Shown here piece after piece: positions 9,915-19,345 of a stretch of DNA of 64,000 bases (its first letter is position 1; every line of letters starts with the position of its first letter). Position numbers and translations under genes: made by a program. This stretch comes from Alphaproteobacteria bacterium (GTDB lineage: Bacteria; Pseudomonadota; Alphaproteobacteria; MPNO01): positions 1,696,001 to 1,760,000 of the forward strand of contig CBDFLJ010000001.1 in NCBI GenBank assembly GCA_965248835.1. Direction: 5' to 3'. Under the pieces are notes generated by a model. It did not search any database. It was not told the DNA's origin and saw only the letters and a list, made by a program, of their open reading frames with translations.

Positions 9915-11096
9915 ATGGCGCGCCCGCCCGACAAGGCCAAGGACATCGCTATCGTCGCGGTCGCGCACACCAAGCTCGCGCGCCGGACCGGCCGGTCGGT
10001 CTTCGATATCGCCGGCGAGGTGCTCGCCCAGATGCTGGACCGGACCGGCATCGACAAGGCGGACATCGATGGGCTCGGCGTTTGCCCGGCGATCGCCGAA
10101 GCCGGCAACCCGTTCTGGTCGAACTTCATGGCCGATTATCTCGGGCTCAGCGTCCGCTGGCTGCAGTCCACCGACCTCGGCGGCGCGACCCATATCGCCA
10201 ACGTCGCGCGCGCGGCCTCGGCGCTGCGCGAGGGCTATTGCCGCGTCGTGCTGCTGCTTGGCGCCGACGCGCCGACGACGCGCTCGCGGACCGATTTCGG
10301 CGGCTACCGCGCGGAGTGGGAGGAGGTTGTGGGCCTGCTCGGCCCGCCGGGCGAGTTCGGCCTGCTGTCACGGCGCTACGAACAGCGCTACGGCCTGATG
10401 CCCGAGGCGCTGGGCAAGATCGCCATCGACCAGCGCGAGGGCGCGGTGCTGAACCCCAACGCCTGCGACACCTTCAGGAACCGGCTGACGATGGCGGAAT
10501 ACCTGTCGTCGCGGATGATCTCCGATCCCGTCCGGCTGCTCGACTGCGTGATGCCGTGCGACGGCGGCGCGGCCGTGCTGATGACCACGACCCGCCGGGC
10601 CAGGCGCATGGGTTTCAAGACGCTCGTCCACCCCACCGGCTATGCCGAGATCACCAACCTCGATGCCGCCAACCCGCTGCCCGAGGTGACCGATACCGGC
10701 TTCGCGGTCGTCGGGCCGGCGGCGCTCAAGCGCGCCGGGCTCAGGCCCGCGGACATCGCCATGTTCCACGGCTACGACGATTTCACCATCGCGATCCTGA
10801 TGCAGCTCGAACAGATCGGGTTCTGCCGGCGCGGCCGCGGGCAGGCCTTCGTGCTCGACAACGACCTCAGCTTCCGCGGCCGGCTGCCGGTCAATTCCGG
10901 GGGCGGCCAGCTCTCGACCGGCCAGCCCGGCCTCGCCGCCGGCATGGTGAACCTCGCCGAGGCGGTAACCCAGATGTTCGGCGAGGCCGGCGCCCGCCAG
11001 GTGGCCGATCCGCGGAACGCGCTGGTCACCGGCATCGGCATGGTGCCGCTGCTGCGCAACTGGGGGACCAGCGCCGCCCTGGTGCTGGAGCGCTGA
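9915..11096 (+). CDS. Thiolase-superfamily protein (SCP2/Ltp2-like)
   Basis: SRMISDPVRLLDCVMPCDGGAAV, YDDFT, NSGGGQLS, EAVTQMFGEAGARQV. Immediately followed by a DUF35 gene. Confidence 0.88.
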   Translation: MARPPDKAKDIAIVAVAHTKLARRTGRSVFDIAGEVLAQMLDRTGIDKADIDGLGVCPAIAEAGNPFWSNFMADYLGLSVRWLQSTDLGGATHIANVARAASALREGYCRVVLLLGADAPTTRSRTDFGGYRAEWEEVVGLLGPPGEFGLLSRRYEQRYGLMPEALGKIAIDQREGAVLNPNACDTFRNRLTMAEYLSSRMISDPVRLLDCVMPCDGGAAVLMTTTRRARRMGFKTLVHPTGYAEITNLDAANPLPEVTDTGFAVVGPAALKRAGLRPADIAMFHGYDDFTIAILMQLEQIGFCRRGRGQAFVLDNDLSFRGRLPVNSGGGQLSTGQPGLAAGMVNLAEAVTQMFGEAGARQVADPRNALVTGIGMVPLLRNWGTSAALVLER

Positions 11097-11097
11097 G

Positions 11098-11517
11098 ATG
11101 GCGGCCAAGCCGAAAAAGGGCACCCCGCCCGAGCCGCAGCCGCTCGACTTCTCGAAACCCTTCTGGGACGCAGCCGCGGACGAACGCCTGATTCTCCAAT
11201 ACTGCCCCGACACCAAGCGGTACCAGTTCTTCCCGCGCCCGGTCAGCGTCTATACCGGCAAGCGCGGCCTGCGCTGGCGCAAGGCCTCGGGCGCGGGCAC
11301 GGTCTATTCCTTCACCATCACCCGCGTCCCGCCGCCCGGCTTCGAAGGCCATACGCCCTTCGTCGTCGCCAGCATCGAGCTCAAGGAAGGCGTGCGCATG
11401 ATGGCCAATATCATCGAATGCGCGCCCGAAGACGTCCGCATCGGCATGAAGGTCCGCCTGGCATGGCAGCGCAGGGGCGGTTTCAACCTGCCGGTCTTTC
11501 GCCCCGACGGGTCCTGA
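11098..11517 (+). CDS. DUF35 family Zn-ribbon/OB-fold protein
   Basis: PFWDAA..LILQYC..FFPRP, SGAGTVYSFT, PFVVASIELKEGVRMMANI, VRIGMKV, LPVFRP. Confidence 0.9.
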   Translation: MAAKPKKGTPPEPQPLDFSKPFWDAAADERLILQYCPDTKRYQFFPRPVSVYTGKRGLRWRKASGAGTVYSFTITRVPPPGFEGHTPFVVASIELKEGVRMMANIIECAPEDVRIGMKVRLAWQRRGGFNLPVFRPDGS

Positions 11518-11761
11518 GAAACCGATCGGCCGACCGGTTTCCGCCAGGCAATGTTCAACGGCTTGCGCGGCGGGTTCGGCAATGCTGTGGCTTCGTTGCA
11601 TGAGCGCCACGGCGTTCGATAATCACGCCGCCGACATGCCCGAGTCGGTCGACCGCGGCCGCGGTCGGATAGATCATATGCCCGCGGCACCCGGCCCCGG
11701 ATGCGTTGTGACGGGGGTGGTTTTGCGCCATCATGGGCCGGCATTCGCATAGGAGGCAGAG

Positions 11762-12781
11762 ATGAAAACGGCTTACGTGGCGATCGGGGCCGCTTCGGGA
11801 GCGCTGTTGCTCGCCCAGGCCGCGGCGGCGGAGACCATTTTGCGAGTCAGCTCATGGGCGCCGCCGACCCATTTCATAAACGCCAAGATCTGGCCCGATT
11901 GGGGCAAGGCGCTCTCCGAGGCGACCGAGGGGCGGGTCAGGATCAAGCTCGAATACAACCTCGCCTCGCCGCTCAAGCAGTTCGGCGTCGCCCGCGACGG
12001 CATCGCCGACGCGAGCTGGATCTTCCACGGCTACAACACCCGTTATGTCGCCACCCAGATTGTCGAGATGCCGAATCTCGGCACCAGCGCCGAGGCCGCG
12101 GCGGTCGCCTATTGGCAGGTCCAGCAGAAATACCTCTACAAGGCCAACGAGCATCGCGGCGTGATCCTGATCGGCCTGCAATCGCACGGTCCGGCGGTGA
12201 TCCATACCAAGAAGCCGATCCGCTCGCTCTCCGATCTCAAGGGGATGAAGATCCGCGTCCCCGGCGGCGTCGGCAGCCTGGTCGGCAAGGCGCTCGGCGT
12301 CACCGCGGTCAAGCTTCCCGCGCCCAAGGTCTACGAGGCGCTGTCCAGCGGCGTCGCCGACGGCATCTTCATGCCGATAGAGACCCAGAAGGGCTTCCGG
12401 CTCAAGGAGGTGACCAAGCACGTCCTCGTCATGCCGGGCGGGCTCTACTACGGCAGCTTTGCCTTCCTGCTCAACCCGGGGAGCTTCAAGAAGCTCTCCG
12501 CCAAGGACCAGATGGCGCTCAAGAGCGTCTCGGGCGAGGGCTTCGCCAAGCTCGGCAAGTATTGGGACAAAGGCGACGACGACGGCCGCGCCGCCGCCAA
12601 GGAGGCCGGCACCTCGATCCGGACCGCGTCGGCAGAGATGAAGGCCGCCTATCTTGATCTCATGAAACCGGTCGAGGAGGCGTGGATCAAGCGCGCCGCC
12701 AAGGGCGGCTACGATCCCCGCGCGGCGCTCGCCGAGCTGCGCGCGACAGCCCGGGAATACGACAAGAAAATGATGAAGTGA
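11762..12781 (+). CDS. dctP: TRAP transporter substrate-binding protein (DctP family)
   Basis: Signal peptide, LRVSSWAPPTH, DLKGMKIRV, VYEALSSGVADG. GGAGG RBS. Confidence 0.92.
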   Translation: MKTAYVAIGAASGALLLAQAAAAETILRVSSWAPPTHFINAKIWPDWGKALSEATEGRVRIKLEYNLASPLKQFGVARDGIADASWIFHGYNTRYVATQIVEMPNLGTSAEAAAVAYWQVQQKYLYKANEHRGVILIGLQSHGPAVIHTKKPIRSLSDLKGMKIRVPGGVGSLVGKALGVTAVKLPAPKVYEALSSGVADGIFMPIETQKGFRLKEVTKHVLVMPGGLYYGSFAFLLNPGSFKKLSAKDQMALKSVSGEGFAKLGKYWDKGDDDGRAAAKEAGTSIRTASAEMKAAYLDLMKPVEEAWIKRAAKGGYDPRAALAELRATAREYDKKMMK

Positions 12782-13293
12782 ACCCGGCCGGAGAAGAACA
12801 CCAGCGGGGCCCGTCCGCCGGAAGGTTCGGCCTCTGGCTGAACCGGCTCGCGGACGGCGCCTCCTCGCTGGTCCTGTTCGCGTTGATGGCGATGACCTGC
12901 ATCGACGTGATCGGGCGCTATTTCTTCAACGCGCCGCTCGACGGGGCGACCGAGCTGACCCAGCTCATGCTGGGAGTGATCGTCTTCGCGGTGCTGCCGG
13001 CGGTCTGCCTGCGGGAAGAGCATATCTCGGTGGACCTTCTCGACCGCTGGTTCCCGGCGGCGCTGACCGCGCCGCGAAGCGTGGCCCTCAACCTCTTGAT
13101 GGCGGTGATGATGGCGGCGGTCTCCTGGCGGGTGTGGCTGCTTGCCGAGATCACCGCGGACTACGGCGACGCGACCGAGTTTCTGGCGATCCCGCTCGCC
13201 CCGATCACCTATTTCATTGCCGTGCTGAGCGGCGGCGGCGCACTTGCCTTCGCCGCCAACGCGGCCCGCCATTTCGGAACCGCGCGTGGCTGA
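12778..13293 (+). CDS. dctQ: TRAP transporter small permease (DctQ)
   Basis: DVIGRYFFNAPLDGATEL, HISVDLL, four hydrophobic segments. GTG start overlaps the dctP stop. Confidence 0.9.
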   Translation: MNPAGEEHQRGPSAGRFGLWLNRLADGASSLVLFALMAMTCIDVIGRYFFNAPLDGATELTQLMLGVIVFAVLPAVCLREEHISVDLLDRWFPAALTAPRSVALNLLMAVMMAAVSWRVWLLAEITADYGDATEFLAIPLAPITYFIAVLSGGGALAFAANAARHFGTARG

Positions 13294-13317
13294 CCGCGAA
13301 CGGGGCCGCCGAGACCG

Positions 13318-14634
13318 ATGACCGCGGCGCTGATCGGCTTCGCCGTCCTCCTGGGCCTGGTCTTTCTCAAGATGCCGATCGCGTTCGCGATGGGGCTGAT
13401 CGGCTTTGCCGGGTTCGGCGTCTTGAGCGGCTGGCAGCCGGCGCTTTCGATGGTCGCGACCATCGTCTCGGAGACCGCGTTGAGCTATGGGCTCTCGGTG
13501 GTGCCGATGTTCATCCTGATGGGCAATTTCGTCTCCCGGGCCGGGCTTTCGACCGAGCTCTACCGGGCCTCCCACAGCTTTCTCGGCCACCGCCGGGGCG
13601 GGCTCTCGATGGCGACGATCGTCGCCTGCGGCGGGTTCAGCGCGATCTGCGGCTCCTCGCTGGCGACCGCGGCGACGATGTCCAAGGTGGCGCTGCCGCC
13701 GATGCGCGCCTACGGCTACGCCGACGGGCTGGCGACGGCCTCGATCGCCGCCGGCGGTACGCTCGGGATCCTGATCCCGCCGAGCGTGATCCTGGTGATC
13801 TACGGCCTGATGACCGAGACCAGCATCCGCGAGTTGTTCGCCGCCGGTCTGCTGCCGGGGCTCTTGGGGATCGGTCTCTATCTGCTGGCGGTCCGCTATG
13901 TGGTCTGGCGCCGGCCCGGCGACGGCCCCAAGGCCGAGCGTGCATCCTGGGCGGAGCGGCTCGCGGCGCTCGGCGGGGTCTGGGCGACACTGGTTTTGTT
14001 CGCGCTGGTGATGGGGGGGATCTATGGCGGCGTGTTCACCCCGACCGAGGCCGCCGGGATCGGCGCCGGCGGCGCGTTCCTGATCGCCCTGGCCAGGGGA
14101 GCGCTCTCCTGGCGGGGGCTGTTCGAGGTGCTGGCCGACAGCGCCCGCACCTCGGCGCTGCTGTTCATCGTCCTCATCGGCGCGCTGATCTTCTCCAACT
14201 TCGTGAACCGGGCCGGGCTCCCCGACGGGCTCCTGTCGCTGGTCACCGGCAACACGCTCTCGCCGTTGATGGTGATCACGATCATCCTGATCATCTATCT
14301 GGTTCTGGGCTGCGTGTTCGAGAGCCTCTCGATGCTGCTGTTGACGATCCCGATCTTCTTCCCGGTCGTCCAGGGACTCGACTTCGCCGGACTCGGCCCG
14401 GAGCGGATCCTGGTCTGGTTCGGGGTCATCGCGGTCGTCGTGACCGAGATCAGCCTGATTACCCCGCCGGTGGGACTCAACGTCTTCGTGCTCGCCGGTG
14501 TGGTCAAGGACGTCTCGACGACGACGATCTTCCGCGGCGTCACGCCGTTCTGGTGCGCCGACATCGTCCGGCTCGCGCTGCTGGTCGCGCTGCCGTGGAT
14601 CTCGCTGTTCCTGCCGCGGCTGTTCTACGGATGA
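13318..14634 (+). CDS. dctM: TRAP transporter large permease (DctM)
   Basis: VPMFILMG, GSSLATAA, GGTLGILIPPS, FTPTEAA, ITPPVGLNVF. Confidence 0.95.
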   Translation: MTAALIGFAVLLGLVFLKMPIAFAMGLIGFAGFGVLSGWQPALSMVATIVSETALSYGLSVVPMFILMGNFVSRAGLSTELYRASHSFLGHRRGGLSMATIVACGGFSAICGSSLATAATMSKVALPPMRAYGYADGLATASIAAGGTLGILIPPSVILVIYGLMTETSIRELFAAGLLPGLLGIGLYLLAVRYVVWRRPGDGPKAERASWAERLAALGGVWATLVLFALVMGGIYGGVFTPTEAAGIGAGGAFLIALARGALSWRGLFEVLADSARTSALLFIVLIGALIFSNFVNRAGLPDGLLSLVTGNTLSPLMVITIILIIYLVLGCVFESLSMLLLTIPIFFPVVQGLDFAGLGPERILVWFGVIAVVVTEISLITPPVGLNVFVLAGVVKDVSTTTIFRGVTPFWCADIVRLALLVALPWISLFLPRLFYG

Positions 14635-14725
14635 TTCCGTGCCGGCCGCGCCGCGCCGGCTCGCGCGGACCGCCGCCTGCTCGATCGGACGGATCACGGG
14701 TCAACGACATGGGGCGCCGATCGGA

Positions 14726-14754
14726 TTGACCCGCGCCGCCTTCGGTCCTAGCGT
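14726..14754 (+). promoter_or_regulatory. Putative sigma70 promoter for the HD/HDO/amidohydrolase operon
   Basis: TTGACC (14726-14731), 17-bp spacer, TAGCGT (14749-14754), about 30 bp upstream of the ATG at 14787. Confidence 0.5.
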
Positions 14755-14786
14755 GCTGTCGAGGAACGCGGCAACGAGGCAGGATC

Positions 14787-15536
14787 ATGGCGAAGACGGC
14801 AACCGAGATTGCAGACGAGATGGAATTCCAGCAGATGCGGGAGCTGGGCGACCGGCTGGTGACCAAGTCGCTGCTCTATTTCCTGGCCGAGGGCGAGGTC
14901 ACGCTCGGCAGCGGGTTCGGCATCGGCACGGGCAAGGAACTGCTGCACGGCGAGGACCCCAGACTGCCGCCGATGCCCGACAGACCGACATTGATCGACT
15001 TCTTCAAGCTGCGCTTCTCGCCGATGCAGGAGCACCTGCTGCAGTCCGCGCGGCTTGCCCAGAAGAACGGGCTGCCCGAGAAGATGGTGCTCGCCTGCCT
15101 GCTGCATGACATCGCGGTGACCGGATTCATCCGCTCGGACCACGGCTATTGGGGCGCGCAGCTCATCGAGCCCTATGTCGATGAGGAGGTAAGCTGGGCG
15201 ATCCGCATGCACCAGGCGCTGCGCTTCTTCCCCGACGAGTCGGTGGGCTACGAATACCCCGAGAACTACGTCCGCATGTTCGGCGCAGGCTACCAGCCGG
15301 AACCCTATATCGTCGCCGACTACGAGAGGGCGCGGAAGCACAAGTGGTACATGTCCGCGCGCATGATCTGCGTCAACGACCTCTATTCCTTCGAGCCCGA
15401 CGTGGTCGTCGAGCTCGAGGAGTTTGAGGACGTGATCGGACGCCACTTCAAGCAGCCTCCCGAAGGCCTCGGCAACGACAGCACGCCGGCCTCGCATATG
15501 TGGCGCACGCTGCGGCGGCCCTGCAACCCGCTGTGA
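14787..15536 (+). CDS. HD-domain protein with PhnZ/MIOX-like extended His ligand set
   Basis: EHLLQSA...LLHDI...DHG...RMHQ...VND gives the H/HD/H/H/D pattern of dimetal HD enzymes. Confidence 0.75.
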   Translation: MAKTATEIADEMEFQQMRELGDRLVTKSLLYFLAEGEVTLGSGFGIGTGKELLHGEDPRLPPMPDRPTLIDFFKLRFSPMQEHLLQSARLAQKNGLPEKMVLACLLHDIAVTGFIRSDHGYWGAQLIEPYVDEEVSWAIRMHQALRFFPDESVGYEYPENYVRMFGAGYQPEPYIVADYERARKHKWYMSARMICVNDLYSFEPDVVVELEEFEDVIGRHFKQPPEGLGNDSTPASHMWRTLRRPCNPL

Positions 15537-15571
15537 CGGCGCAGCATCAACCGAAAGCCCGGAGACAGACC

Positions 15572-16330
15572 ATGGCACCCGACAGCTTCACCCCGGCGGA
15601 CGGCGAGGTCGCGGCCCGGATCGCCGCGATCCGCGACAAATGGCACACCAAGCAGCACCCGATGTTCCAGGCGATGGCCAGGGGCGAGCTCGACCTGCGG
15701 GTGCTCGGCGTCTACATGGCCCAGCATGCCAAATACGTCCGCCACGGGCTGGAGGCGTTCGGCCTGTTCTACGCGCGCGCCCCGGGTGACGTGCGCAAGA
15801 TGCTGGTCGAGAACATGGCCGAGGAAGAGGGGTTGATCGGCGGCCACACCGATCACGGCGCGCACGATCACATGGAGATGATCTACGACTTCTGCACCGC
15901 CGCCGGCATGACGCGCGACGAAGTCCTGGACGTCGACATGACGGCTGCCTGGTGGGGCCGCGCGCTCTACTACCTCAACGCCACCCGGACCGAGCCGGTC
16001 GGCGTGGCGCTGGCGATGCAGTTCACCCAGGAAGGCCAGATGCCCGCGCTCAACAGCGAGATCGTCCTGCCGGCGCTGGAAGATCATTACGGGATCAAGC
16101 AGACCGATCGGGCGGCGATCTTCTTTGCCGAGCACGCGATGGCCGATGTCGAGCACTCCGAACGTCAGCTGGGCCTGGCGGCCAAGTACATCGACGGCCC
16201 GGAGGTGCTCGCCCGCGCCGAGCATGTCGCCGAGCAGATGTGCCGGCTGCGCTGGGCGTGCACGACCGATACATGGCGCTACGAGCAGCTCGGCGAGAAG
16301 GAATCGCTGCCGCCCGGCGTGGCCGCATAG
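15572..16330 (+). CDS. Heme-oxygenase-like iron-containing redox enzyme (PqqC/CADD/TenA fold)
   Basis: HPMFQAMARGEL, ENMAEEEG..DH, TQEG, FFAEHAMADVEH. Start at MAPDSF with GGAG RBS. Confidence 0.82.
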   Translation: MAPDSFTPADGEVAARIAAIRDKWHTKQHPMFQAMARGELDLRVLGVYMAQHAKYVRHGLEAFGLFYARAPGDVRKMLVENMAEEEGLIGGHTDHGAHDHMEMIYDFCTAAGMTRDEVLDVDMTAAWWGRALYYLNATRTEPVGVALAMQFTQEGQMPALNSEIVLPALEDHYGIKQTDRAAIFFAEHAMADVEHSERQLGLAAKYIDGPEVLARAEHVAEQMCRLRWACTTDTWRYEQLGEKESLPPGVAA

Positions 16331-16353
16331 GCCCGCCGCCCCGGAGGAAGGCC

Positions 16354-17388
16354 ATGGCCATCGACATGCATTCCCATTGGCGCCCGCCGGCGCTGATCGA
16401 TGCGCTGCGCGCGCGCAGCGTCCCGCCGCTGGTCGAGACCGGCGCGGACGGCGTCGAGGTCCTGAAGACCAGGGCCGCGTGCACCCCGGTCGTCGAGGCG
16501 TTCGACGACGTTGACGAGCGTCTTGCGGAGATGGATGCCCACGGGGTCACCGCCGCCGCCCTCTCCCTGCTCGGCCAGTTCCGCTGGATCGAGGCGCTTC
16601 CGGTCGCGGAGTCCCTGCCGCTGGTCCAGGCCTATAACGACGGTCTTGCGGAAATCTGCCGCGCCCATCCGGGCCGGTTCGTCGGCTTCGCCGCCCTGCC
16701 GCTGACCGATCTGGAGGCCGCCGCGGCCGAGTTCGACCGGGCGATGGGGCTGACCGGGATGATCGGCGCGCAGCTCCCCGGCAACGCCTTCCTGACCGAG
16801 CAGGATGCCGAGCAATACCGGCCTTTGCTCGCCGCCGCCGACCGGCACGGCGCGGTCCTGTTCATTCATTTCGGCCCGCGCCCGGGCGATCCGTGGCCGC
16901 GCGTCGAGGCCGGCACCGACAACGCCGGGCGGCGGATCGGCACGCTCGACATGCAGGCCTCGCTGTCGGCGAACATGGTCACGGTCTGCATGACCTCGAT
17001 CCTCGACGACTACCCGGACGCCCGCATCCAGCTCCACAACCTCGGCGGCAACATCGCCTTCGAGGTCGAGCGCATGGACCACCGCAACTACCTCGATTCA
17101 CCGCACGAGCCGCTGCCCTCGACCCGGTTCGTCAAGCCCAACCTGTTCGTCGACTGCAACTCCTTCGGCCCGCGCGCGATCGAAGCCGGCGTTGCCGCCT
17201 ACGGCGCGGAAATGATCGTTTACGGCACCGACGGGACGGGCTTCGGCTGCGAATGGACCAACCGGGCCCTGGTCGAGGCCCGGATCACCGAAGACGAGCG
17301 CGAGGCGATCCGCCATCACAACGCGGCCCGCATGCTGGGCCGCCGCGCCCCGCTCGCCCCCAATCGCGAGGCGGCGGCGGCCGAATAG
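16354..17388 (+). CDS. Amidohydrolase_2 family protein (ACMSD/decarboxylase-like)
   Basis: IDMHSH, YNDGLAEICRAHPGRFVGFAALP, LFIH, YGTD. GGAGG RBS. Confidence 0.87.
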   Translation: MAIDMHSHWRPPALIDALRARSVPPLVETGADGVEVLKTRAACTPVVEAFDDVDERLAEMDAHGVTAAALSLLGQFRWIEALPVAESLPLVQAYNDGLAEICRAHPGRFVGFAALPLTDLEAAAAEFDRAMGLTGMIGAQLPGNAFLTEQDAEQYRPLLAAADRHGAVLFIHFGPRPGDPWPRVEAGTDNAGRRIGTLDMQASLSANMVTVCMTSILDDYPDARIQLHNLGGNIAFEVERMDHRNYLDSPHEPLPSTRFVKPNLFVDCNSFGPRAIEAGVAAYGAEMIVYGTDGTGFGCEWTNRALVEARITEDEREAIRHHNAARMLGRRAPLAPNREAAAAE

Positions 17389-17389
17389 G

Positions 17390-18250
17390 CTATTCGAGCG
17401 CGCGGACGGGGACGTCCATTTCGCCGATCCCCTCGAAGGTGAGGTGCATCACGTCGCCCGGCACCACCCGGCTGACGCCCTCGCAGGTGCCGGTCATCAG
17501 GATGTCGCCGGGGTGGAGCGTGTAGAAGCTCGACGCCCATTCGATCTGGCGGCGCACGTCCATGATCATCAGCCGGGTGTTCGATTCCTGGCGGGTCTCG
17601 CCGTTGACGGTGAGCACGAAGGCGAGCGCGTCGGGATCGGGGATCTCATCGGCGGTTACCAGCCAGGGCCCGAGCACGGCATAGGTGTCGACCGATTTCC
17701 GGAAGCTGCGGTCCTCGCTGCCGCGCACCACCATGTCGAGCGCGATCGCATAGCCCGCGACGTAGCCGAGCGCGTCGTCATAGGCGATGTTGGATGCGGT
17801 CTTGCCGATGACCAGCCCGAGCTCGGCCTCGTGGTCGGTGCGCCGGTCCGGGAAACGCACCGCAACGCCTTCGGACGGGCCGACCAGCGCCGAGTTGGCC
17901 TTCAGGAACAGACCCTGGTCCTCGATCCCGCCGCGCCGCGCCCCGAGATTGACCTCGGCGTCGGCCTTGGCCTCGTCGGCGTGGGCCTGATAGTTGACCG
18001 GGGTTCCCATGATCTTGGTCGGGTTGGCGACCGGGCTGAGAAAGCGCCGCCCAGCGACCGGCAGAGCCTCGCTCCGATCCGCGAGCCGCTCCATCTTGTC
18101 GCGCAGGGCGCCGAGATTGGCAACCAGCGCATCCCCGATCGGATAGGGGTAGCGTACCGCCGGCAGTTCGTCGACGATCTCGGTGACGTCATGGACCTTG
18201 TCGTCGCGCACGACGCCTAAACGGTTGTCGTCGAAGCGGCAGTATTTCAT
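17390..18250 (-). CDS. Fumarylacetoacetate hydrolase family protein
   Basis: NYQAH, FLKA, DHEAELGLVIG, KSVDT..GPWLVT, LHPGDILMTGTCEGV. Confidence 0.92.
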   Translation of the reverse strand: MKYCRFDDNRLGVVRDDKVHDVTEIVDELPAVRYPYPIGDALVANLGALRDKMERLADRSEALPVAGRRFLSPVANPTKIMGTPVNYQAHADEAKADAEVNLGARRGGIEDQGLFLKANSALVGPSEGVAVRFPDRRTDHEAELGLVIGKTASNIAYDDALGYVAGYAIALDMVVRGSEDRSFRKSVDTYAVLGPWLVTADEIPDPDALAFVLTVNGETRQESNTRLMIMDVRRQIEWASSFYTLHPGDILMTGTCEGVSRVVPGDVMHLTFEGIGEMDVPVRALE

Positions 18251-18554
18251 CGTAATCCCCCTGCGTCGGGTGTGACGATTAACCGCCCACAGGCGCGCCA
18301 CATCCGACTTCTGTTCCCCTTAACGCTCAGGTGCGGAAACCGTTGCGATCCCGCCGGTTAGCCCGAGCGGCGCTTAAGCGGCAGCGCCCGCCGCGCATGA
18401 GATGGGGTTCCTTCCCACCCGTCGCGCGGCTTCCGACCGTGATTATAGGAAGCGCTCTCCGGAACGCAACCGAGCGGATTGGGCGCCGCGATGTAGACGG
18501 ACGAGACGAAGGCGGAGCTTGCAAGTCGGTCCTTGGTCCGCGACCACAGAGGCG

Positions 18555-19345
18555 ATGAAGGGAACAAATACCAAACTGACGGCGGCGGTCGAGGCGTACT
18601 TCACCGATTTGCGGCAGGTGCGTGCGTCGGGTGGCGCGACCGGAGAGCGGTCGAGCTGTCCGGCGCTGTCGAACTTACTCAATGCTGTCGGCGCAACGCT
18701 CAAGCCGAAGGTATTCTGCGTCGTCGAACTCGCGGACCAGTGCGCGGGCCATGCCGATGTCGGACTCTACGAGGCGAAGCAGGTGCAGAAGGGACCGCCG
18801 CGCGAGGGGCAAGCACCAGAACGCGGCGTGGTCGAGGTGAAGGCTGCCGGCCGACGACGCATGGCTGACGGCGGCGGGCGATCAGGTGAGCCGGAACTGG
18901 AACCGCTACCGACTGGTGTTGGTGACGAACACACGCGACTTCGTTCTGCTTGGAGAGGACGTAGCCGGTCGGCCGGTGAAGCTGGAGGCATTCCGGCTGG
19001 TCGAAAACGCGGATGCGTTCGCGCGCCAGTTGGAGAAATCACACGCCTTCGCCCGCGAGATCGGCGCGGGCCTGAGTGAGTATCTTTGTCGAGCATTGAC
19101 GCACCGCGCGACGCTTGCGGAGCCAAAGGACTTGGCTAGGTTGCTGGCTTTCACACGCCGAGATGGTTTCGCGCGTGTAGAAGCGGTGGGTGACGCGCCG
19201 TCGTTGGCGGCGATGTGCTCTGCGCTTGAGGAAGCGCTCGGCGTCCGCTTCGAGGGCGACAAGGGCGCACGCTTCTTCCCTGGTGCAGACGCTCTTCTAC
19301 GGTGTCTTCTCTGCCTGGGTATTGTGGGCGCGGCAAACGCTGCCC
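18555..19345 (+). pseudogene. Frameshifted N-terminal remnant of a type ISP/IIL-like restriction-modification enzyme
   Basis: Three frames join: YFTDLRQVRASGGATGERS..GVVEVK / DQVSRNWNRYRLVLVTNTRDFVL..EEALGVRFEGDKGARFF / LVQTLFYGVFSAWVLW. The methyltransferase core is absent because an IS remnant follows. Confidence 0.65.

Noticed and set aside
18250-18555. Intergenic region checked for a tRNA, att site or ncRNA at the island's left border
   Set aside because: No cloverleaf, T-loop/CCA or direct repeat matching the right border could be seen.
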